Source: Lepidodermella squamata (lineage: Eukaryota; Animalia; Gastrotricha). From it: a stretch of 64,000 nt of DNA. Where the stretch lies: positions 62,001 to 126,000 of the forward strand of contig JBLDXI010000015.1 in assembly GCA_047495785.1 (NCBI GenBank), in the 5' to 3' direction. Made by a program: the position numbers and the translations under genes. The number at the start of each line of letters is the position of its first letter. Positions within the stretch are counted from its first letter, which is position 1. The notes beneath the pieces are model-generated. The model made no database searches. It saw only the letters and a list, made by a program, of their open reading frames with translations, and was not told the origin of the DNA. Shown one piece after another: positions 36,001-48,510 of the stretch.

Positions 36001-39000
36001 CGTGGCAGCCCGACGTCAAGATCTCGATCGTGCAGCTGGGCGTCGACGCGCGCTCGAAGGTGTTCATGCTAAAGCAGGGCTGCTGCTCGGCGCTCGTGCC
36101 CACGCCCGTCATCAACGCCAAGCCGGCCTCGATCCAGTCGTGCCGCATCGAAGTCCGCGCGCCCAGCTTCGAGTGCCACCACGTTCTCAAGGTAGGCTAT
36201 ATACGAGTCGTATTATTAACTGGGAGCAGCGACCAACGACCAGCACTATTACTAAATCACATTTTCTAATCTTGTTTCCCGAACTTTCAAAGCAATGGAA
36301 ACGTGTAGACGAAAGGACGAAGACAGGATGATTTTTTAGCATTATCTGTGTCGCAAACAAGTTTTATAAACAAGAAATTTAGAAGCCCTTTGAATCCCAG
36401 AAAAGTCTCCGTAGTGCTGAATTTGTTTAGAAATCGCTCTTCCTCGATTAGCCGTTTAAACAACATGTTCAGTACATATGGACGGTTGGTAGAATAGTTT
36501 TGTTTCTCGTCTACCTTGACTTTTTATTTAGTAGCAGTACAAAGCCTCGAGAATTCTTCTTACCTTTTGCTGCCCTAGAGTATTTTTGAAATTACTAATA
36601 AGGTGACAGTAAGGATTTCCCAACAGCTCAAACCGTTCACGTCCACTATTTCGGCGAAACTACCGGGAAGAATGTAAAAGAGACGAAAGAGGACGTCTAA
36701 CTATGAAAGCTTGGGCTTTGGCTGGATTTCGAAGGCCAGTTTACGAAGGATTCCCGATTATTCGACGACTTTCGTATCCTTAGTGTAGATTGGGTCCAGA
36801 TTAAATTAAAGCAAGTGACAGACAATTCCGAGCAATTAACAGATACCTAAATGTACCCGCCGTCATGACGATATTTCGAGTGCCGATAAAAGATAGCTTT
36901 TCTGTTTTTGTGTGTAGGTGAAAGTGCTGCCGAGTCGGCGACCTGCCGGGTTGCGGCTCGCCCTCGAAGACGCGTCCGGGGCGAAACACGTGCTGGAGTC
37001 GGACGCGCAGCCGGCGGCGAACGCGCTCAAAGTGGCGGCGGGCACGCTGTTCTCGGTGGCGTTCGTCGTGCTGGACGAGGCCGGGCAGGAACTGCCGGCG
37101 ACGGCGCTCGACGCCGACATGCTCAACTCGCTAACCGCGTCCTGGGTCTCCGAGCCGCTCGACCCCGTTCTCGTCAAGGCCCTGAGCCTGCCCGCCCTCG
37201 AGGCGCCTCTCACCGTCCGTGAACCCGCGTCGCACCACGTTGCGCTCAAGGACGGCGTCAACACGCTGCGCGTCGACTTCTCGCTGGGGGTGGCCGCTGG
37301 GGAGCCGGTGGGCCTCGCCTTCCACGGCCTGCCGTCGTCGCTGCCCGTCGGCGCCCCGCTGCCCACCAGCGTGCAACTCACCCTGGTCGACTCGCACGGC
37401 AACACGGTGCCGTTCAAGCCGGGCGATGTCGGCAAAATCACGATGGTGCCGCCTGCAAAACTGGCCCTGCAGAAGGCGACCGGCGTCGTCGCGCTCTCCG
37501 CTGTTCAACTGCCGAAGCTGACGGTTGCGGGCGAGAAATTGACCCTCGAAGCGCGGTTCGGCTCGTTTCCTCCTGCCACTGCATCAGGTATATTTTGTGA
37601 TTGAATACCAGTATTGACGGAAACCCCCAAAGAATCCGGGGACAGCTTACGCCCAATGTTTTTTATCATTAAATGGCGATGTACCATCGGCTAAAACGCA
37701 AAATCAGTCGATTCGATAATCGGGAAAAAAGATTTTCACAATTTTTGAACTGGCCATTTCTTTGAGGTCTCTTTGAGGTTTCTTTGAGAAGTCATTTGAG
37801 CCCAGCCAGTAGTAGCTACCAACCAGTCAGGCAGCAGCAGCAGCAGCAGGCGAAAGTGCTTTTACTCTGGGGTTCAGGGGACCATTGGTGGCGTAGGATA
37901 TGTTTCACGAAAGGTATTTCGTATTTCTAGCTGGCACGATGAGGGTACATTGTACAAAATTATAGCCGTTTAGTTTGAAGAATTAAATCGAGTCTGTTTC
38001 CCACAAAGAAAACACCGGGAAAAAGGATCAGAAACTCTTCGATGAGAGGCGAAGTCATATCTCGTAAAATCGTAAAATATCTAAAATGCCATAAGATTCA
38101 AGTATGTCTCTTGTGAATGCGATTAAAAATTCCGAAGAAGATTGGCCAAGCCGGGTAAAAACCGAAAATAACCGAATTTCTCAACTGCGGGGTTTTCGGA
38201 GGTTTCTACGGCACATTTTTTATTTATTCCGTAAAATCGTGAATAAAGGATGGACGATTCTCTCATTTGACTCAATTTAATTTTGAAAGTGACGGCGTTA
38301 TGATTCGAGAAGATGAACGGACAATTTACTTCTACGTCATGAATAGGAGATTCGTTGTTAGTGAGAAGAAGACCAAGAATGCTATCAGACAAAGGAAATG
38401 TTGGTTTTGTAACTAATTGGCCGAGAGAATTTTTCTGGCAACAATTCACAAAAGTTGACTCGAATGTTTTATCACTGAAATAGTTTGAATCCGGATCATG
38501 CCAATCAATGCGAGGAAAGTTATAATCACCAAGAAAGATGATTGCAGAAGTTGTAGTTTCACACAAATAATTCATGCATTTGGTTAACTCAGACAGATGA
38601 GGTACATCATTATAAGGTGGGCGATATACACAGGCAATAGTAATCGACAGATTATTTGAACAAATTAAATTGATGGCGGAAATTTCAGAGTCAGTATTCA
38701 AATAATCAATTTTGTAATTTTTCAATAAATTAGTCTATTTTCTTCAAAAATTTGCAAAATTACGAAATGATTGCGCAATGGGTTACGCTGTATTTAAATG
38801 ATTTGTTGTCACTTTAACGTCAATATGTTTGATGATTGATGAGTCATTGCATTGCTGTTTCAGTGCTGCTGGTTCCTGGGCGTCCTGCGAAGCTGCTGTG
38901 CGTGCGGCCGTCGCCGGCGACCGTCAACCTGGTCGCCGGGCAGAAGCAAGCGGACGTGGCGCTCGAGTTCAACGTCGTCGACGAGTTCTCGAACATCTGC

Positions 39001-42000
39001 CCCGTCGACGCGCAGCAGGTGAAGCTCGCCGTGTCGTCGCCCGCCGACGTGCACTTCACGCCCGAACTGCGGCCGCGCCGCCTCAAGGACGGCATCGCCG
39101 TCTTCGGCCCGTACACGGTCGCCGCATCTCGCGCCGGCCCGTTCCACCTGCTGGCGACGCTCGTGCTGGTGGGAGCGAGTGGCGAGGCGACTACGCTCAG
39201 CGAGAAAGTGGCCGTGGTCGCGGCGCACAACCCGGACGAGGCGGTGCACGTGCAGCTCGGCCAGTCGTTCCCGCTCGTCGGCCGCGCCGGCGCCGCTGTC
39301 GGCCCCGTCGCCGTGCACGTGCTCAACTTTGCGAGAGCCCCGCTCACGACCCCGCTGCCCGCGTCGGCGACCACCAACACGCGACTCACGTTCGTGCCGC
39401 ACGACCTGCGAGGCGGTCAAGCGGCGCCGATGCCGGGCGTCGGAGAAGTCACGAAAGACTCTATTGTTTTCAGGTAATTGATTACTTACTAATTAACTAG
39501 CTATTAATGGATGAACCATCTCATTTGAATTTTGCAATCGGAGATAAAACGCGTAATATAGTCGGAAGTGCTAATCGGGATTTGTGGTTTTCACTTTATT
39601 TCTGAGCGCTATTCACAACATAATTTAGGAAATTATTCCAATCATCCACTATTTCATACAAGTAGTTAGACATTGTAACGGCGAAATTACTGAGCAAGGT
39701 CTTATGTAAATCGGAGAGTATTGAATAATTATAGCTCGAAACAAGATATATTCCGGGTATATTCGGTATAAATATTGCCTCTGGTAATCGATTCGGCGGT
39801 TTTTCTCGATATCGGCGATATGCGATGGTAAAAATCAGGTTCCAAGCAACTGCTCACCTTGGCGGGTCCTATTTGATCCTAAACAGATTAAAAAATATCA
39901 CGAGCCGAATCCAACAGCATTCCTTTCAGATTTTGAGATGTTGAGATTCCTTTGAAATGAGATAATTTGATGACACCGCAAAATTGCATCATCTCGCCTG
40001 GGGGCAATTGCTACTCTAAATTTTACTTGAAATCGACGAGCTGAATGAAATTTTATATAAATCGCTAATGTTTGATTGAAAGGTTTCTTGAAAGGCTAAA
40101 CAAATGAATTATCTGCAAATTTTTGCCATTTTGAATATCATTAGGTTCACTGTTTTGAAAATTCCAGTCCCGCAAATTTGATTATTGCCTTATCGAGCTT
40201 TTCTCATGGCCATTAGTGATTTCTTCCTCGCTTTCGAAAAGTATGGCTTCCCACAATGTCGCATCTCATCTGTTCACGCTAGCAAATTTTAGACACCTGA
40301 GAACTGAGAATTCTCCAAAAATGTGATAATCATTTAATGATTTTTGCAATTGATATTTGCAGAGCGTCTGATCAGTCGCGAGCCGGCGTGTTCACGCTGC
40401 CGAACCTGGCGTTCCCGGCTGTGGCCGGCGACTGGTTCGTGAAGCTGCAATGCCACCAGCTGAACTCGCCCGAGCAGATACAGGTGACGGTGTCGCCGGC
40501 CGAGCCCGCGCAACTCGTGCTCGTGCCCAGCCAGGACACGCTGTTCGTGTCGAACAGCAGCTCGCCCGACCGGCGCGCCCTCCTGCCGGCGACCGCCCGC
40601 CTCGAACTCGCCGACCGCTTCGGCAACGTCATCGTGAACGCGGCGGTGAACCTGACGGTGGAGCTGCGCATCATCGCGCCGAGCAGCGACGTGCCGCTGC
40701 CGAAGATCGAGGGCGCGCAGGCGTCGGGCCGCAAAGTGGTGCGCATCGACCCGAACGGCAAGCTGGCGCCGGTGCTGCTGGCGGAGAACGCGCCCTGCTC
40801 CGAGTCGGTCGTCTACCAGCTGGAGGTGCGCGCCACCGGCCAGGCGGAGGTGCGGCCGCTGCTGCAGTCGTTCCGCGTGTCGAACGACTTCGAGCGGGCG
40901 GCGCACTGCCGGGCGCTCGAGACGGAGCGGCAGAAGCTGCGCGACGACGCGGCGACGCTGAACGCGGCCGTGCGCGACGCCGAGATGCGCCAGCAGACGG
41001 CCGATGCGCGCGTCCGTGAGGCCAACCAGGAACTCGTCACCGCCACGCGCTCCGCCGTCGAACTCCTCAACAACCCGTCGCTCGAACGCATGAACGACGA
41101 CATGCTCGCCGGCTACCTGCGCCATCTACAGGTTTGATTCTCTCTTTTTTCGTTTTTTTGCCAGTTTTGCTGCAACTATCAAATACTAAAGAATACTTAC
41201 TTACTATTAAAATAAATCTAACCTGAATGATGACCGACAGAAACATCGACTGTCAAGTTTATTTTCTGTCTTATCTGATGACTCTCAAGTGATACTTTTT
41301 TCTTACTTATGGACCCTTATAATACTTCGATCTGTAACGATTGGAGACCTCACCTGGTTATCTTCCGTGATCTGTGCTGAGACAGCAAGGCTAGATCAAT
41401 AGCAATCACAAATAAGTAACCTAAACGGGAGAGACAAATTAGACTTTCAATTAAAATTCAATCGTTGTTATACTTTCAGAAACAAAATTCTAAAGATGAT
41501 GTTAAGAGGTCCGAACTAAAAGAAAGCGCCGATCGCCATCGTGGCAAAAATGTCAATCGACCTTCGATATCAGTTAATTTTACAAATCCTCAATATTTGA
41601 TATCCAATTATTCATAAGTAACATATAATGTCGTCACACCTGACTTTGGAATCGCTTACTGGCAATCGTCTATTGAAAACCAGTCCATGAGGTGACATTA
41701 AGATTAAGATGTAGGTCACGGCGGAAGGGGCGAGATTGGAGATTGACGAGATGAGTTGAGATGCACAGCACCAGCGTCAGCTCGAACAGCTTAGTTAGCA
41801 CCACCAGCTGGCTGTGTGGCGCCGAACCTGCCGTTGAGGTACGCGTATCGATCAGCCACTGGGGTCTTTTTCGATCGGCGAGAGCCTTTCGGCAGCAGAG
41901 GAATGGGCGTATTGGGCCGCCGAGTTATCCAGTGGTCGACCGCTTCATTCTTGGCGATCAGGTCCTCGATGCGCGACTCGGCGAATGCAAAAAGAGATCT

Positions 42001-44695
42001 GCCGCAGGTCGTAAGGGTGGTGTCCTGGCGGACGAGCATCTGCACCATGTAGATCCAGACGTTCGGGTGCTGGTCGGCGGCTCGCTTCAGCATTAAGATT
42101 TAGTCTCAAGATTGAGATACCTTATAATAGTTGCGAAAGGGTCTGGTAACATATTGATCATATAGGAGTTGATATGATTTTCAAACTGAGACCTGCGTCC
42201 TAGGGGACTGCGCAATAGCTGCCTTGCTGAAATTGAGCCATTCTGAAAGCTTTTTCATTGCTCTATTGTCTCTAAGCGAAATATCGAGGTTTTTTGGAGA
42301 TTGATGTTTTCCCAAAGCTTCTGCCCCATTTCAATCCACATTTTCGAAAGAGCAACCGTAAGTCTGACGAAAGAGCAAAGTTCATGCCTATTCGCTGCTT
42401 GGCGAAATATCCAGCAAGGGGTGAATGTTATTTTGATGTTTCCGAGCAAAAGTAAAAGCTGACAAAACGTCTCGAATTGCTCGAAATTGTAATGAAAGCC
42501 TATGTTCAGCTTATTAATGGCGTTGATCTCGATTTTACAATCGCTGTTTATTAGAAGCGCCCCCAAATGCCTAAAATCTCATCCTCAAATCCCAAAAATA
42601 AGCAAAGCAATGGTTTCATGTCGAAGAATGAAGAATAGGAATAGGCACCAGCCTTGGCTGGGCTTGAGGCGCATCAATATTCCAAGTTGTTTGTATTAAT
42701 AACTAATAAGCACTCGTTTAAACATTAATGAAGCTGTCCATTGTGTTTCCGCTCCTCCTAATAAAGTCATTTCCTCACTTTTCTGTCCTGAATACTTGAA
42801 ATTGAACATTTTAAAAGAGCCTATAATTGGTTCCAGAGTTGTCCCTGAGTCGGATCGGGGTCTGGCCCGTGGACCCGACATTGGGTGGGGGTTACCACGG
42901 CACAGCTCGCAACTCAATTACGAAGTGTTGAATGTCACTTATAGGCGGGAAATTTCAAGACAAACCTATTTCCGTAAAGTTACTGTGAAAATTTCCTGAA
43001 GAAGTACCAAGAACTCCCCCCCCCCCCCCCCCTCTCAGGCAACTCAGATTGATTCGTCCGTCATGTAGAATCATGTTTTTAACCTTTTTCCTCTTCATTA
43101 AATTGTAGGACAACATCGAGCAGCACCTGGGGCGGCCGCGGCGCACGTGCAAGTGCCGGCCGTTCGACGCGGAGCCGGGCGTGCTGGGCAAGGTGGCGCA
43201 GCTGGCGACGGTGGAGGGCGACGACGTGGCGCGCGTGCTGTCGTGGCACATCGCCGGCCGCATGGACGCGGTCGTGACGCTGACGGTCGAGAAGCTGCAG
43301 GACATCTTCCGCCGCTTCAACGGCCAGCAGCAGGTCGTGTCCATCTCGCTGATGCCGAACCAGCCGCGCCCGTGGGACGACGTGTTGCCGCACCAGAAAC
43401 TGGCTCGCCGCGGCAACAACGCGAATGCGAACGCGGGCGACGCCCCGGTCGACGGCAACCCGGTCTACGCCCGCCACTGCCTGCAGATCGCGGGCGGCGA
43501 AACGGAGGCGCCGGTCAAGAAGTTGTTCCACGCCATCCTCGGCGACACGATCCTCATCGACACGATCGAGGACGCCTTCGCCTACCGCAAGTACTTGATC
43601 GACCGCGGCGGCCAGGCACCTACCATCCTAACGTAAGTTTCACCCCATCCTACCGGCTCGAAAATAACTTATTGAGAATGATTTCATTGTGAAATCGTCG
43701 CCAAGTAACGAACGATGTGTCACTTCAAACAAAATTATGTTTTGAAAAGGTTAAAATTAGCTTTTCTAACAAACATCAAATTTTAGCCCAATTAGGTGAT
43801 TCTCTACTGATTTCCCCGTTAAATTTTAAGATTTTTTTCTTTTTTCTGATTTAAGACCATTTAAACGATATTTATAGCAGTTAAATGTGGACGGTACTTG
43901 GCATATTCATCGGCCTATTGGCGTTCAAGATACACCGTAGAAATTTTGCGTTGAATTTTGTTCGATATTGAAAAATTAGATGAGCTGTTTTTCAATTCAA
44001 GGGAAATTTAGTTATTTTAGTTTGCATAATATTCGAAAACTGCTAAGACAGAAAATTTTAGGCAAAATAGCCTGTGTTTTTATTGTTCGAAGTACGTAAG
44101 TTGCAACACTTAGCAACGCGTTACGATAATTTCAGGGTTTCGCTGCATTTTCAATTCCTGATTCCAAATTTGTTGGAAAATATGTTAATGTACCATTTCC
44201 ACACAATTCGATCGATGTCAAATTTGATTTTATTGATTATTAATTTTCCCTCTCAATTTCAGACGCAACGAAGCGAATCGACTTGATACGCTGGGTTTCG
44301 CGGGTGGCGGTGGCAACCGAGCGCCGCCCCTCAACTCGCTGTCGTACGTCTTCGGCGCCCCGCCGCCGACCGCCATCGCTCAACTGCGCGCCGGCATCGA
44401 AGCGGTTGAACGGATGAAAAACGCGAAAACGATCGCCACGCGGCTCGAGGCCGAGACCACCGCCAGCAAGGAAGCGATCCGCGCCCAGCTGCACGAGCTG
44501 TTCACGCGCCGCAAACTCGTTACCGACCGCCTGAATGCCATCGACAAGGACCTCGCTGCGCCCGTCACGGTCGGCGGCCCAACGGTTGCGGCAGCGACAA
44601 CGAATGGCACAACTCTGGCTGGAGGCCGGAAACGCGGAATGCCGCCGGCAGACGCTGCCGTGGTGCAGGCGTCGCCGTCGCGCAGACCACGTTGA
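30003..44695 (+). CDS. SMCHD1: SMC flexible hinge domain-containing protein 1 (GHKL ATPase, long linker, coiled coil, SMC hinge), 9 exons, ~2130 aa
   Basis: Exons 30003-30159, 30215-32345, 33534-34253, 35813-36191, 36918-37587, 38864-39473, 40363-41131, 43109-43632, 44263-44695 (6393 nt, in frame). Motifs: PHFDTLTRSG.WEYY.SEG, LIDNSL.AT, DNGKGM, YFGVGGKQA, IYHYYLHGP, VEGFIRYHPF, FWNGRL, NKLTF, WLKDC..KYDK; hinge VLGKVAQLA...VLSWH...MDAVVTLT, LGDTILID, VFGAP. The start codon is uncertain. Confidence 0.95.
38200..38725 (-). mobile_element. LINE (CR1/L2/Jockey-like) apurinic endonuclease fragment in SMCHD1 intron 5
   Basis: ORF 38123-38725 has CVYRPP, LGDYNFPRIDW, QLVTKPT, LGLLLTN (decayed LDL) and SNHNAV (decayed SDH). 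It is AT-rich, unlike the host exons. Confidence 0.85.
41791..42093 (-). mobile_element. Possible Mutator (MULE) transposase C-terminal remnant in SMCHD1 intron 7
   Basis: HPNVWIY resembles the HPNIW motif of MULE/FLYWCH-type transposases and is followed by a basic stretch. No catalytic core is seen. Confidence 0.3.
43015..43033. repeat. Poly-C tract (~18 nt) in SMCHD1 intron 7
   Basis: Read directly. Confidence 0.9.
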
Positions 44696-45258
44696 TTGAA
44701 TACCTAATAACCTTGCCTTTTATTTCTACCTACCTATATTTTTTAGCTCTATCTCTCCGTTTTTTAGCATTTACGGCAATTTTTTGTGCGCGCGGTGGGT
44801 CGGAATCTCGAAGCCGGTATTATAGATGATACTACATAAATTTTTTGCTCAGATGAAGAAAAAAACTGATGAAAATTACTCGCCACAGGGTGCCTATTCT
44901 TTCTTCTTATATTGTTTATGTACAAACACTTCTCTATGCCACAATTTTACTTGAGACGGTGCTTGATCGATTGCGCCGCGGCCTTCGCACCATGTAATAC
45001 CGTTGCTTCCTTTTTATGTTTTTTCGACTGCTGTTTTTACGCGCGCTGCTGCTGGCACTCATCTTGTTGCTAATAATGATGATGGTTGTAAAAAAATACT
45101 ACATTCCGCCGCCCACCACTACAACTACTTTTTGTTTCATTGTACAGCTAATACGTTGGCCGTTAAGCCGCAGCACTTGCCTGTCGTATATGTAGAAGAT
45201 TTGAATACTTGGTGAAATCTGCTGATAATGAGGATGATGATATTGGAAAAATCTTGAT

Positions 45259-45264
45259 AATAAA
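45259..45264 (+). terminator. Candidate polyadenylation signal of SMCHD1
   Basis: AATAAA about 560 nt after the stop, followed by T-rich sequence. An opposite-strand AATAAA (tttatt near 45292) could serve the convergent PACRG. Confidence 0.4.
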
Positions 45265-45723
45265 GCAATTCAATTATAGAAATTTTCCTCGTTTATTTTT
45301 TTCCGCTCATTTTAAATCAAAACTCAACTGCGTTTCATAATAGTGGCAATTGATAAAATCATCATGAAATGAAAACGTTGTTAGCTCGGCCAAGAGTAGC
45401 GTAGCTTATTTCGGTTGGATGTTGCTTTCACAGAGAACCCGGGGGCAAAGCGCTCTATCACACATTGCTGAGAGATACCAGTATTTACAAAATAAGAAGT
45501 AGTAATCAACCATCGTCGATCGATGTGTTTTCATATCACAAGTATTGTCAATCGACAATGTTGGAGACAGAAATTTGCATGACATACGAAAAATGCTAAA
45601 GATTATGGCTAAAAGTTTCAACTTTTCATCATGAACTGGGATTCAAGGATGTGAGTGAGATCGGACGCGAGAAACTTCTACTAAGTTGCGTGGGTACACA
45701 TTTTATCAATTTTCACAAATTAA

Positions 45724-46667
45724 CTAATTCAGCATGCATGACTCGTATGTCGGGATCATATACTTGATGTTGATGAATGCATCCTCGCCACCGTGCCGTT
45801 CTAGCAACTCGAGAGTTTCGTTGATCAAGTCGCCGATGTTTTCCCGCTTCTGTTGGCTGTAATCGATACCGTCGCCGGTATTTTCTATTTCAAAATGAAA
45901 ACGGTTTATAGCTCAACCAAAGCACCGAGTCAACTAACTGTTTCTGTTCTTGAAGATGTTTAGAATGGGCAAGATCTGGCGATAGTAGGGGACGAGGGCT
46001 TCACCGATGAGATCACCAGATACTACCAAGTGCTGGACAACTTTCAAAGTTGTACAGATGATTTTTGCATTTCGAGTGTTAAGAGCATCTATAAGGCAGA
46101 AATAAGTTTAAAACAGTTCACATTGCGACAACGGAAATTTACTTTTGATGGGGATGATCAGCTGAGGGATGCACGGCAAGATTTTAGTACCTCCGTGTTC
46201 AAGCATATCATGGATGCCTTGTCGAGCAAAGAATTCGTAGGGATGTTCGGTTTCGCACAGACCATCGAAGAATAGGGGAAGGTAATAATGATAATCTAAT
46301 TGTTCGATCTCAACCTATGCAAAAAATGAGATGACACAACAATGACACACTCATCTTCAGAGCGTCGAATCATACCTTCCACGCAATTTTGTTGCCTTTC
46401 GTGTCGTGTTCTAACGCGATGGGGAAGTCGCCACGTTCGTAAAACTTCCGAAACTTAGTTGGCTCGGTGCTCCGAGATCGAAAAGCACCAGAAGCCGCTG
46501 GTGGTTCAACCTACCAGGGGTGTTAATTGGTCAATTAACAGGTCTCTAACTAGCAGACTGAAACATACCACATTGTTCTTTTGATAGGACTTGATGGTAA
46601 ACGCGTCCTTGGCATCAATCTTGTGTGATTGATGAGATTTGAAGGGAGCAGCTAGACTTGTAGCCAT
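45724..46667 (-). CDS. PACRG: Parkin co-regulated gene protein (axonemal inner-junction protein), 5 exons, 238 aa
   Basis: Exons 46667-46569, 46510-46376, 46314-46143, 46088-45939, 45884-45724 (717 nt). Translation includes [47 protein letters not shown]...[11 protein letters not shown]...[18 protein letters not shown]...[18 protein letters not shown]. Confidence 0.97.
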
Positions 46668-46900
46668 CTTTTTATCTGGACAGATGATCACTGTAGACAA
46701 GCGTAGGTTTTGTCTGCTTGCGTATGCAACCCAACGATGCAGCGTTTTGTTTGCTGAGGGCACTTCTAAGAGAAAACATCAAGCTGGTAACTACGAACGC
46801 TTCATAAAATTCCATAACAACAATAATTTACGCAAAAATAAAGATTATACAAATTCATACTTTTTTTATATAACAATTCAAATAAATGTCAACAATTTCC

Positions 46901-46914
46901 GTTGCTAGCGCATC
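46901..46914. promoter_or_regulatory. Possible RFX X-box upstream of the ciliary gene PACRG
   Basis: GTTGCTAG is a good RFX half-site about 235 nt upstream of the PACRG ATG; the second half-site is weak. Confidence 0.25.
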
Positions 46915-47550
46915 TTGACGATACGTATGGGAATAAGTTCCACAAGAGTCAGCTGACTGACCAGCGCTGACCCCGGTTCCACCAATAGAATGCACAGTAT
47001 TTTCTTGATTTCATGATGTGGGAAAAGGAAGGTACATTGATGCTTCATCTAACTAATCTAATGTAGGGAAATCCATACATCTAACTTTGCCCTGTGACAC
47101 AGATAGAATATCTTACAGTGTTCTATCTCGCAGAGACCAGTTGGAACCCTGGGCTTCACCAGGCCCAACTGGATATCGCCACCCCGTTTTTCCAGCAAGA
47201 TAACTGGTTTTGCGATTTAGTGGGCCATACTGAGTCAAATGTCAGTCGTGGTCATCTGCCGTCGGCTATGAGCAAGCGGCCTTGGACCTTGGGCCTTCAG
47301 AAAGTGCAATCAGTATCTTTGCTCATTCATTGTACTGTATGAGAATAGTCTGACCGGGAAGAGCATTGTTCACTATTCAGCAATCGGACGATTATGTTGA
47401 TCTCTTGTGGTTCATAGTATTTAGTAATAGTACCCCAAACCTACAAGGGTTAAGCAAACCGAAAGTAAACCGAAAGTAAGGAGGAAGTAAACTAGGTATA
47501 ATCCTTTCATCATTTCATTTGAGCCTTTCATTTCATTCGGACAGGAAAGA

Positions 47551-47631
47551 AACCTTTAGTCACCGGGTCTGTTGCGCTGTGAAGCTGAAATTTAAGGTTT
47601 GCCGAAGGTGCCACGTAGGCAGAATTTTTGG
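47551..47631 (+). ncRNA. Candidate spliced-leader (SL) RNA gene / Sm-class snRNA
   Basis: AAACCTT (47550-47556) pairs with AAGGTTT (47594-47600), placing an AG|GT donor (47596/47597) in the 3' arm of stem-loop I. A second hairpin TGCC...GGCA spans 47600-47621. Sm-like AATTTTTGG at 47623-47631; 3'-box-like GTTTATAAGGAAGA at 47644-47657. Architecture only; no known SL sequence recognised. Confidence 0.45.
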
Positions 47632-48510
47632 CGATGATTGAATGTTTATAAGGAAGAAATATAAAGCACGTAGAATTTTATAGCACGTGACTCGTAGCCG
47701 CTTTCTCACCACTCAAAACAATCCCCTAGCCCCGTTCGTATTTTTCCTGAAAGGGAAGAAATAGTCCCTTTATATCCTGCAGTAAGATCTGAATATGCTG
47801 CGGTCGTCGGCGAAGCTTCACCATTTCGTCAGTCAGGGTTTTTTTATTCGCAATAAAAAATACAGCTAAAAATTCTGGTTGGCTTTCGAAAACTCAATAC
47901 AGAAATACTTCCGATGTCAATATTTCTCCTGTATTTTCAACGGATTTGAATAATATTATGTAAAATACAGCGCTATTTTTGCTACAAAAATACAAAAATA
48001 CAACCAGAAAAAGTGTTCAAAGCGTAGAAAGAAATAGGGTGTTCGTGCTTATAAAAATGTCAGGACGACGATGAGAAGAAAAACTGCTCGACCCCACGAG
48101 GATTCTCACCACTCTTATCGATTTCGCTTAATAATCTAAGACAAATTTGCGAATGGCTTACAAGTTCTGAATTTTGCACAGATTCAAAAATCAAGTGCTG
48201 GAAAAATACACTTTATACTGTAGACAAAATAGCGAATTTACAACTTGATGTTTTGCGTAGAGACGCCGCACTGTGATTTCAAAAAATTTAGTTTGTTTAA
48301 TGTAGTAAAAATGATGCATGCGTCTCAGGACTGAAACACGCGTTTTTCTTTGTTAGAACATGACCATATCAAACATAGCTATTTGCTATCCTACAAGACG
48401 CGATGCTCTTGGCTTCACGGAGTAAAGAGTAATGCATAATACTGTGTTTAAATTCTTCTTTGTTATCTCTTAGTTCTATTTAAAACTTGATGCGAACAAT
48501 AGGACTTGAA

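Noticed and set aside
46030-46275. Plus-strand ORF superficially like a hAT transposase C-terminus
   Set aside because: It is the antisense of PACRG exons 3-4.
46920-47440. Possible extra short-intron gene between PACRG and the SL candidate
   Set aside because: The frames I translated have multiple stops and no recognisable homology.
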